Positions 31,314 to 39,063 of a stretch of DNA of 64,000 bases are shown piece after piece. The first letter of the stretch is position 1; every line of letters starts with the position of its first letter. The stretch spans positions 49,353-113,352 of the forward strand of contig CAWKPA010000006.1 of assembly GCA_963851365.1 (NCBI GenBank), written 5' to 3'. The position numbers and the translations under genes were made by a program. The notes below the pieces were generated by a model. The model was not told the origin of the DNA and made no database searches. It saw only the letters and a list, made by a program, of their open reading frames with translations. Origin of the DNA: an uncultured delta proteobacterium. GTDB taxonomy: Bacteria; Desulfobacterota; Binatia; DP-6.

Positions 31314-32465
31314 ATGAGTACGCCGTCCCGCGACCTCCGCGCGCTCGCCCGCGGGCTCCGTCCACTGATCGAGGCCGAGGTGGCCGCGGCCGACCAGGCG
31401 CTGACGCTCAGCCGGCCGCTCGTCGACGCCTTCGCACGGACGGGCCTGCTGCACCTGATGGTGCCGCGGGACTTCGGGGGCGACGAGGCGGACCCCAGCA
31501 CCATCCTCGACGTGTTCGCCGACGTCACCCATGCCGACGGGTCGGTCGGGTGGACGCTGATGGCGAACGCCAGCTCGACCGCCTACGTGTCGTTCCTCGA
31601 CCGCGCGGCCGGCGCCGCGATGGTGCAGGGCGAGCCCTACGGCTGCTCGGCCGGCATGTACTCGCCCATGGGGGGACAGGCCCACAAGGAGGGCGCCACC
31701 TTCCGCGTCACGGGCAACTACCAGTTCGGCAGCGGCTGCGCGCACGCGACGTATTTCGGCGGCGGCGGGTTCGAGTACGAGGACGGCAACATGGCGCCGC
31801 TCGACCCGGTCACCGGCTTTCCGGCGATGCGCTGCTACTACGTGCCCCGCGATCGCGTCGAGCTACGCGGCAACTGGGACACGCTGGGGCTCCGGGGCAC
31901 CGGCAGCTTCGACTACCACGTGCCGGAGCAAGTGGTGGAGGAGGGATGGACGTTCCCGCTCCTCCAGGCGGAGGTGCGGACCGGCGGGCCGCTCTTTCAC
32001 CTCGGCCCGATCGCGCTGGCCGGCCTCGGCCACGCCGGCTGGGCGATCGGTCTCGGCCTACGAGCGCTCGACGAGATCGAGGACGTCGTGAAGGGCGGGC
32101 GCATGCGCCTCGGCCAGACCATGTTGAAGGACCAACAGGTCTTCCAGCGCGAGCTGGGCGTGCAGCGCCAGGCGATGCGCGCGGTCACGCTCCTGGCGCA
32201 CGACAGCTTCGGCCGGGCGTACGACTGGGTGTCGCAGGGCAATCCCCTCACGAAAGGCGTGCTCGACGACACCCGGGCGGCCACGAGCTGGGTGACGCGC
32301 GTCGCGGAGGAGGCCGTGCTCTTCGCCTACCGGAACGCGGGGAGCGTCGGACTCCGCAACCCGAGTCGCGTGCAACGGTGCCTGCGCGACATGCTCACGG
32401 GCGGGCGCCACGTGTTCGTCGACGACAAGAACTTCGAGGACGCCGTCCAGCCACGCCTGAGCTGA
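31314..32465 (+). CDS. acyl-CoA dehydrogenase family protein (HsaA/DszC-like)
   Basis: 383 aa with ACAD-like sequence in the middle and C-terminal domains. Confidence 0.7.
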   Translation: MSTPSRDLRALARGLRPLIEAEVAAADQALTLSRPLVDAFARTGLLHLMVPRDFGGDEADPSTILDVFADVTHADGSVGWTLMANASSTAYVSFLDRAAGAAMVQGEPYGCSAGMYSPMGGQAHKEGATFRVTGNYQFGSGCAHATYFGGGGFEYEDGNMAPLDPVTGFPAMRCYYVPRDRVELRGNWDTLGLRGTGSFDYHVPEQVVEEGWTFPLLQAEVRTGGPLFHLGPIALAGLGHAGWAIGLGLRALDEIEDVVKGGRMRLGQTMLKDQQVFQRELGVQRQAMRAVTLLAHDSFGRAYDWVSQGNPLTKGVLDDTRAATSWVTRVAEEAVLFAYRNAGSVGLRNPSRVQRCLRDMLTGGRHVFVDDKNFEDAVQPRLS

Positions 32466-32503
32466 AGCGCCCTCACCTTGCGCGCCGCTCCCTGCGATCG
32501 CAC

Positions 32504-34669
32504 TCATTGCAGGTAGCCGAGCGCTTCGAGCGCGCGGCGGCGCTCGGGGTCCACCGGGGCGGCAGGCGGTTCCTTGGTCAGACGGCCGCCGACGACGTCG
32601 CACGAGCGCCGCAGGCCGTCGATGTAGATGGCGCCGAGCTTTGCGAGCGCCGGCTGCTCCGCGGCCAGATCATGCTGCTGGTCCGGATCGGAGTCGACGG
32701 CGTAGACGGCGACCCGGTCTCCCTGCGCGATCCAGGTGTGTCCTCCCATGCGCAGCAGCGTCTCACGGATGTTCAAGAACAGGTTCTCGGCAAACGCCAT
32801 GGGAACACGCGGGGCCGGACGGCCTTCGAGAAGCGGGGCGAAGCTGGCGCCGCGGAAGCTGGCGGGCTGCGGGACGCCGGCCAGCTCGAGGATGGTCGGG
32901 GCCAGGTCGACGAGGGAGACGATGTCGGGAACACGGCGACCGCCGGTGGCCAAGCGCGGGTGCCGCATGACCAGCGGGACATCCACCTGCTCGCGGTAGA
33001 CCGTGTACCCATGGCCGAACTGGCCGTGCTCCCAGAACTCCTCGCCGTGGTCCGACGTGATGACGACCAGGGTGTTCTCGAGGATGCCACGGCGCTCGAG
33101 CGCCCGCAGAAAACCGCCCAGCAGCTCGTCCGTGTAGCGGAGTCCTTCGTCATACGCCGCCGCAAACCAGTCCGCCTGCCCGCCCTCCGGGCCGGGCGCC
33201 CAGCGCCCCGCCACGTGCGGCGGCACCTTGTAGACCGCGTGCGGCTGGTAGGTGTGCAGGAAGAAGAAGAACGGCCGGTTCGCATGCGCGTCGATCCACG
33301 ATCGCGCGTGGGCGATCCCCTCGGGGAAACGGCCGAGCGGCGCGGCCGCGTCGGGCAGGAGTTCGCGATAGCGGTCGAATCCCCGGTCGAAGCCCATGTC
33401 GGGGTCGATCAAGCCGTCCTCGGTTACGGCGCCCGTGGCCCAGCCGGCGGCCGCGAACGCCTCGGCGAGCGTGGTGACCGTGGGCGGCAGACGCATGCCG
33501 GGCCCTAGGACGCGATGCGCGCAGGGATGCAGTGCGGTCAGCATCGACATGTGCGACCCCGCGGTCGACGGGAACGTCGACGTCGCGCGTTCGAAGATCA
33601 CTCCCTGCGCTGCGAAGGCATCCAGCAGCGGCGACGTCTCGCGGTGATACCCGTGGAGACTCAGGTGATCCGCACGCACCGTGTCGAGCGAGATGAGGAG
33701 GACGTTCGGCTGCGGACGATCGTCCCGGTCGGGAGCGATCAGCACGGGCGCGCCCCACACCGGGAAGCCGAGGGGCGCGCCGTCCCCTTCGGTGACCGCG
33801 TCGAGCACGATCGCCGTCTCGCGGCCGGCGAAGCTGCTCAGGTCGACCTCGGCGCCCAGCCACCCCCGGGCGGCGATCCGGCGCACGGGGTCGATCCGTC
33901 GCGACCACACGACGGTGCCGGTCGCACCGGGCGGCCCTGCCCGAACGCGAAACGTCGTCGGAGGGCTGGGCCCACTCCATCCCGGCACCGCAACGCCGAA
34001 GGAGACGACGAGCCCCTCCCCCGCGCGCGGGACGAGCGGCTCGAGTTCGACCACCGCACTCGTTCGCGCGCCCGACCAGGCATGCACGACCGCGAGCGCC
34101 CGGCGGCCACGATCGAGGGGACCCAACCGTACGGGGACGTGCTCCGGAAACGACGACACGTAGACGGCCTCCTGCGGCACCCCGCGAACGGCTGCCGTTC
34201 CATCCGCAGCGCCCAAGACGCGAAAGTCCCGATAGACGCTCGGCTGCGCGTCGCCGACCGGGACACCGCTGGCGGCGAGCGAGGGCAGGTCGGCCAGAAG
34301 CTGCGCGACCCGCCGCGCGCCGGCCGTCGCGACGAGGCGCGCTTCCGCGCTCCCGCTCCGCAGTGTGAGCACTTCGGGCACGAGCAGCGCGGGCCCGTCG
34401 GCGACGGGACCACGGTCGTCGAGCGTGCCGCTCGTGTCGAGCCGCATGCGCACCACCGCGCTCCGCGGCACCGTCACGGTCGACGCCGCAACCAGCCGCC
34501 GCTCGGGACACCCCGACGCCGGGCGCGTCTCGCCACCCGGCTCGAGCGCGCAGTGCGTGAACGACGCCTCGACAGCGGCCGGTCGACGCACGGACAAGCG
34601 CGCGCCGGCGGTGTCGGCGCCGAGGACGCCGAGGGCGAGCATCCCGGCCTGGAAAGAGCGTATCCGCAC
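32504..34669 (-). CDS. sulfatase-like hydrolase/transferase (alkaline-phosphatase superfamily) with N-terminal extra domain
   Basis: The C-terminal ~420 aa carry LLISLDTVRADHL, FPSTAGSHMSMLT and ITSDHGE. The N-terminal ~300 aa form a non-catalytic domain behind a signal peptide. Confidence 0.75.
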   Translation of the reverse strand: MRIRSFQAGMLALGVLGADTAGARLSVRRPAAVEASFTHCALEPGGETRPASGCPERRLVAASTVTVPRSAVVRMRLDTSGTLDDRGPVADGPALLVPEVLTLRSGSAEARLVATAGARRVAQLLADLPSLAASGVPVGDAQPSVYRDFRVLGAADGTAAVRGVPQEAVYVSSFPEHVPVRLGPLDRGRRALAVVHAWSGARTSAVVELEPLVPRAGEGLVVSFGVAVPGWSGPSPPTTFRVRAGPPGATGTVVWSRRIDPVRRIAARGWLGAEVDLSSFAGRETAIVLDAVTEGDGAPLGFPVWGAPVLIAPDRDDRPQPNVLLISLDTVRADHLSLHGYHRETSPLLDAFAAQGVIFERATSTFPSTAGSHMSMLTALHPCAHRVLGPGMRLPPTVTTLAEAFAAAGWATGAVTEDGLIDPDMGFDRGFDRYRELLPDAAAPLGRFPEGIAHARSWIDAHANRPFFFFLHTYQPHAVYKVPPHVAGRWAPGPEGGQADWFAAAYDEGLRYTDELLGGFLRALERRGILENTLVVITSDHGEEFWEHGQFGHGYTVYREQVDVPLVMRHPRLATGGRRVPDIVSLVDLAPTILELAGVPQPASFRGASFAPLLEGRPAPRVPMAFAENLFLNIRETLLRMGGHTWIAQGDRVAVYAVDSDPDQQHDLAAEQPALAKLGAIYIDGLRRSCDVVGGRLTKEPPAAPVDPERRRALEALGYLQ

Positions 34670-34792
34670 GACGTCCGCAGTCCTTCCCGGTCGCCCCGTG
34701 GGCTACGTTCGCGGGGCGAGACCCGTCAAGACGCGGCGTGGCAGCCGGCGCGCCGACGTGGCGGAACCGCCCGGCGGCAGCGTCACGTGCGT

Positions 34793-34915
34793 ACGGCGCC
34801 CCGCAGGGGCGAGCGTCTCGCCGAACTGGGCTGGAGCCCGCAGCCCATCGTGGGCATCGGCATTCGCCGCCTGATCGGGGCACGGCTGCAGGCGGAATCG
34901 GGACGCAGCAGATGA
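34793..34915 (+). pseudogene. 5' fragment of a cyclopropane-fatty-acyl-phospholipid synthase paralog
   Basis: Translation ...TAPRRGERLAELGWSPQPIVGIGIRRLIGARLQAESGRSR* is collinear with the N-terminus of the intact cfa at 44064 (NTAPRAVERFAERGWIPRPLVRLGIRRMIGDRLDAESRRD). Nucleotide identity is about 75% over ~120 bp. Confidence 0.5.
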
Positions 34916-34993
34916 GAATTCGAAAGGGCGATGTGCCGGTCAAGCCCTGGGCGAGAGCAGCACGTGTGACCGCGCCTCGTTCAGCCCGCCTTG

Positions 34994-35600
34994 CTACCTG
35001 CGGCGCCCGCTGGTGGCGATCGCCGCCGCCAGCTCGCGCGCGAACCGCGCCAGCGCCCGGTTGAGCGCCGTCACCGCCGCGTCGCCCCCGGAGCCGGTGC
35101 CTGGCTCCGTGATCACCGACTTGCCCTGCGCGACGACGGCGCCCGATTCCGGCTCCCGAATGCTCCAGTCGGCGGTCAACATGGCGGTGCCGGCCGCGTC
35201 GGTCTCGAACGCCCTGACGTCGACGCGCACGGCGGCATCCAGGGGCTTGCTGACCCGCCAGGGATAGTCGGCCACGATCGCCCCGCCGAGCGCCTGGGAG
35301 AGGTCCTCGTTGAGCGGCGCGGATGAACTGCTTGCGCAGCGGCTCGGCCCACCGCTCGCCCTCGGCATACTCGATGCGCGTGCCGTCGACGCGCGTCACG
35401 AGACCGGGACGGCTCAGATAGCCTGGAATGGTGACCGGTCCGAGGCCGACGCTGAGACCGCCGGCCAACTGCACCGGCGCGTCGGCGACGGCGGCGAGCG
35501 TGTAGTAACGGGTACGGTCGGGACGCGCCCGGAAAAGGCAGCCGGACAGGCTGGTGGCCAGCAGGAGGGCGACCACGGCTGCGCGCTCGTGGTGCCTCAT
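34994..35600 (-). CDS. PqiC/YmbA-like (DUF330) ABC-transport auxiliary lipoprotein, apparent frameshift near 35315
   Basis: The N-terminus (lipobox LSGC, RYYTLAAV ... EYAEGERWAEPLRKQFIRA) runs in one frame. The C-terminus (PLNEDLSQALGGAIVADYPWRVSKPLDAAVRVDVRAFETD...) runs in another. The combined length is about 200 aa, typical for PqiC. Confidence 0.7.
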
Positions 35601-36562
35601 GGTTTCGGCCTCCCGGTCAGGATCGCGTTGGGGTTGCGATCGAGGTAGTCCGCCAGATCGCGGAAGGTGCGCGCGGTCTCGCCCAGCTCGGCGAGGGTGC
35701 TGGTCAGCTCGACCACGAGCGGCGCATCGGGATCGAGGAAGGAGTGGGCGCGCGTCAAGGTCTGATCGAGCTGCGGCTCGAGCCGGCGCAGGACATGCTC
35801 GAGGGTGGCGAGGGAGGCGCGCGCCTGGACCACCGTGGTGTCGAGGCCCTTGAGCGTGTTCCCGAGGTCCGGCTCGAGCGAGTCGGTCGCCTTACGCACC
35901 GAGGCCAGCGTGTCGCGCAGCGCGGCGAGCGTGTCCTCGATCTTGGGCGAGCGGGCGAGCTTGTCCACGCCGTCGAGGGTGCTGCGGGCGGAGGCCATCA
36001 GGCCCTCCAGGTCGAGCGTCTCCACCCGCTTCATCACCGTGTCGAAGGTCTGCATGGCCCGCTCGATGGTGGTGGGCATGGCGGGGACTTCGAGTATGTC
36101 GGGCTGCCCCGCGAGCTCGAACACGAGAGGCGAGTCCGGAAAGAAGTCCAGGCCCACGTAGAGCACGCCGGTGACGAAGCTCTCGGTTTGGAGCTGGGCG
36201 CGGAGCCCGGCGGCGATCAGCTCGTCGAGACGCTGGCGATCGAGGCGCCAGGGCCGCCCCTGGTATCCGGAGACCGTATCGACGTCGATCGTGTACCAGA
36301 CCGGGATGCGAATGTCGGCCAGCGATGCGCCCGGCAGGCCCAGCTTGATGCCTGACACCGACCCGACCGGCACGCCCCGGAACTTGACCGGCGCGCCCAG
36401 CACCAGACCCTTCACCGACCCCGCGAAATACGTGACCAGCTTGATCTCGTGGCGGAAGAAGCTTCCCGAGCCGAACACCAGGAGGGCGGCGACGGCCAGC
36501 GCCGCAGCGCCCAGCACGAAGGCGCCGACCAGCAGCGGATTGCCTCGGCGGCCGCGGCTCAC
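35597..36562 (-). CDS. MCE-family (MlaD/PqiB-like) periplasmic substrate-binding protein
   Basis: N-terminal TM helix followed by an MCE domain (VKGLVLGAPVKFRGVPVGSVSGIKL). The GTG start overlaps the mlaF stop. Confidence 0.85.
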   Translation of the reverse strand: MSRGRRGNPLLVGAFVLGAAALAVAALLVFGSGSFFRHEIKLVTYFAGSVKGLVLGAPVKFRGVPVGSVSGIKLGLPGASLADIRIPVWYTIDVDTVSGYQGRPWRLDRQRLDELIAAGLRAQLQTESFVTGVLYVGLDFFPDSPLVFELAGQPDILEVPAMPTTIERAMQTFDTVMKRVETLDLEGLMASARSTLDGVDKLARSPKIEDTLAALRDTLASVRKATDSLEPDLGNTLKGLDTTVVQARASLATLEHVLRRLEPQLDQTLTRAHSFLDPDAPLVVELTSTLAELGETARTFRDLADYLDRNPNAILTGRPKP

Positions 36563-37341
36563 GGCTGCGCTCCCGGCCGCGCTTCCTCCCCACCGCGGGT
36601 GAGGAACTGGTGGACGCGCTCGTTCGGGGGATGGTCGCGCAGCGCGCGGGGATTACCGTGCGCGGTCATGGTGCGAACCTCCGTGTCGAGAAAGATACAG
36701 TCGTCCCCGATCGAGAAGATGCTGGGCAACTCGTGCGACACCATCACCACCGTGGCGCCCAGGCTGTCACGCAGCGACAAGATCAGGTCGTCGAGCAGCC
36801 GCGAGCTGATTGGGTCGAGCCCGGCCGACGGCTCGTCGAAGAAGAGCACCTCGGGATCGAGCGCGATGGCGCGTGCGAGAGCGGCGCGCTTCTGCATGCC
36901 GCCGCTGATCTCGGACGGGTAGTGGTCCTCGAAGCCGCGCAACCCGACCAGCGCCAGCTTGACCTGGGCGACCTGCCGGATCTCCGCCGGGGAGAGATCG
37001 GTGAACTGCCCGAGGGGCAGACCGACGTTCTCCGCCAGGGTCATCGCGCTCCACAGGGCGCTGCCCTGGAAGGTGATGCCGAACCGGCTGCGCAGCTCGT
37101 CCCGTTTCTCCTCCGGGGCGGCGGTGAAGTCGACGTCGCCGTACCATACCGACCCCTTCGCCGGCTCGTTGAGGCCGATCAGGTGGCGGAACAGCGTGCT
37201 CTTCCCGCACCCGCTGCCCCCCATGATGAAGAAGATGTCGCCGCGCTGCACGGTGAAGGCGAGGTCGCGCATGACGACGAAGTCACCGAACGCCATGGTG
37301 AGGTCCTTGACGCCGATGTGCATGTCTTTGGCCTCGGCCAC
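36559..37341 (-). CDS. ABC transporter ATP-binding protein (MlaF-like)
   Basis: Walker A GGSGCGKST, signature SGGMQKR and Walker B LFFDEP. Confidence 0.85.
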   Translation of the reverse strand: MAEAKDMHIGVKDLTMAFGDFVVMRDLAFTVQRGDIFFIMGGSGCGKSTLFRHLIGLNEPAKGSVWYGDVDFTAAPEEKRDELRSRFGITFQGSALWSAMTLAENVGLPLGQFTDLSPAEIRQVAQVKLALVGLRGFEDHYPSEISGGMQKRAALARAIALDPEVLFFDEPSAGLDPISSRLLDDLILSLRDSLGATVVMVSHELPSIFSIGDDCIFLDTEVRTMTAHGNPRALRDHPPNERVHQFLTRGGEEARPGAQP

Positions 37342-37342
37342 G

Positions 37343-38494
37343 TCAGATTCCGAGCACGTTCGTGACGACGGCCAGGATGCCGTCGAGGGCAATGATCCAG
37401 ACGATGCCGAGCACCACGGCCGAGGTCGCCGCCAGCCCGACCGCCGCCGCGTCGCGGCCACAGGTCACGCCGCGCATGCATCCCGCGATCGCCACCAGGA
37501 CGCCGAAGAGCAGGCTCTTGCCGACGCCGATGCCGATGTCCGTCAGGCCGATCGCTCCCCTGGTCTCCTGCCAGTACAGCATGGGCCCCTGGCCCAGCAT
37601 GCCGATCCCGACCGCCGCGCCGCCCAGCATGCCGATCACGTCGGCGTAGCAGCAGAGGAGCGGCATCATGAGGGAGAGGGCCAGCATGCGCGGCAGAACC
37701 AGGAAGTCCATGGGCGGCACCGCCATGGTGGAGAGTGCCTCGATCTCCTGGTTCACCTGCATGGTGCCGAGCTCCGCGGCGAAGCCGGAGCCGGTGCGTC
37801 CCGCCATGATGATCCCCGTCATGATGGGCGCCAGCTCGCGCACGGTGGCGATGGCGACCAGATCGGCCACGTAGATGCTGGCGCCGAAGCGTTCGAGCTG
37901 CACGGCGCCGACGAAGGCGATGATGAGGCCGACCAGGAAGTTGATCAGCGTGACGATGCCCAGCGCGTTGGGCCCGCTCTCCTGCAGCACGATCATGACG
38001 TCGCGCCACTGGAAGACCGCCGCGCCGCGGAGAAAGCGCCCGAACGACAGCGTGGCCTCGCCCAGGAACCGGGTCGCCGCCTTCGTCCCCTCCCATGCGC
38101 CTTGCGCCGCGGTGCCGACACGCGCCAGCCACGGCGGTGGCGGCGCCGCACGGGCATCGGTCTTCTCGGGCACCGCGGTGGCCAGCGCCAGGAGGCGTTG
38201 CAGTCCTGCGGGCAGGCCGTCGGGTCGGATCGCGATCGTGCGCTGTGTGCACAGCGTGGCGATCCGGTCCAGCACGGCGAGGCCCGAGCTGTCCCACGCG
38301 GTGAGCCCGGTGGTGTCGAAGCTGACTGTGCGGGGCGACGGCGGGGCGGCAAGCGCCTGCTCGACCGGCGCCGTCGAGGGCAAACCGTCGCGCAGGCGCC
38401 ACTTGCCGGCGAGTCGCACCACCAGGGTGTCGCCGTCGCGGCGTGTGTCGAGCGTCGCCGTCGCTGGCACTGCGCTGGCTGCGGATGCCCTCAT
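37343..38494 (-). CDS. MlaE-family ABC permease with N-terminal STAS domain
   Basis: N-terminal ~110 aa look STAS/anti-sigma-antagonist-like (TLVVRLAGKWRL ... FDTTGLTAWDSSGLAVL). The C-terminal MlaE permease has about 5 TM helices. A GGGGAGA Shine-Dalgarno precedes the start. Confidence 0.8.
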   Translation of the reverse strand: MRASAASAVPATATLDTRRDGDTLVVRLAGKWRLRDGLPSTAPVEQALAAPPSPRTVSFDTTGLTAWDSSGLAVLDRIATLCTQRTIAIRPDGLPAGLQRLLALATAVPEKTDARAAPPPPWLARVGTAAQGAWEGTKAATRFLGEATLSFGRFLRGAAVFQWRDVMIVLQESGPNALGIVTLINFLVGLIIAFVGAVQLERFGASIYVADLVAIATVRELAPIMTGIIMAGRTGSGFAAELGTMQVNQEIEALSTMAVPPMDFLVLPRMLALSLMMPLLCCYADVIGMLGGAAVGIGMLGQGPMLYWQETRGAIGLTDIGIGVGKSLLFGVLVAIAGCMRGVTCGRDAAAVGLAATSAVVLGIVWIIALDGILAVVTNVLGI

Positions 38495-39063
38495 ATGGTC
38501 TCCCCAGCAGACCGGACTTCGCGTTTCTCGCCGCCGATCGGAAGCGCCGCTGGGTGTCGTGCACGCGCTTGCCGTCCCGCGGCCCTGTCGGTTGGCCGGT
38601 GAACAAGGCGCCGAGTCCGACGACGACACGCTGGCGCGCCTTCTCGCCGCCAAGCGAGGTACGCTGTGCGAGCGCGTGCGTCAAGTGTTCGCCACAACCG
38701 ACGAAGTCCGCCCGGTCGCATTCGCGTCCTACCGCTTCGGCAGCGCCTTCCTGCATGCCGGTTTCGCTGCCTGAGGTTCGTGGACGATGGCGCCACCGGC
38801 AGGCGGGGACGAACCGTCCACGCGCATGCGGTCGCGACATCGGCTCGTCCCTTCGGGGCCATGTCGCTGGGCAGCCCGTGCCTGCCGCCCGCTGCAGGCG
38901 CAGACTCGTCCGGCGGCGCTAGCGGGGGTGACGACGCGGCCGTCAGCCCGGCGGCACGAGGTCAGCGATTGACGGAGCCCCCGTCTGGTCGCTAGCCTCG
39001 GCAACTGCCTTGCTGCGGAATGCCCGGGGGTGCCATCCGGGCTGAAGCAGAGCCGATGCTTTC

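Noticed and set aside
30777-32465. 562-aa plus-strand ORF extending the acyl-CoA dehydrogenase-like gene upstream
   Set aside because: The upstream ~180 codons are antisense to the HemD-like gene and R-rich. The ATG at 31314 begins the ACAD-like sequence.
33150-35600. 816-aa minus-strand ORF downstream of the PqiC-like start
   Set aside because: Only the first ~100 codons are protein-like. After the frameshift point the frame runs antisense through the sulfatase region with R-rich junk.
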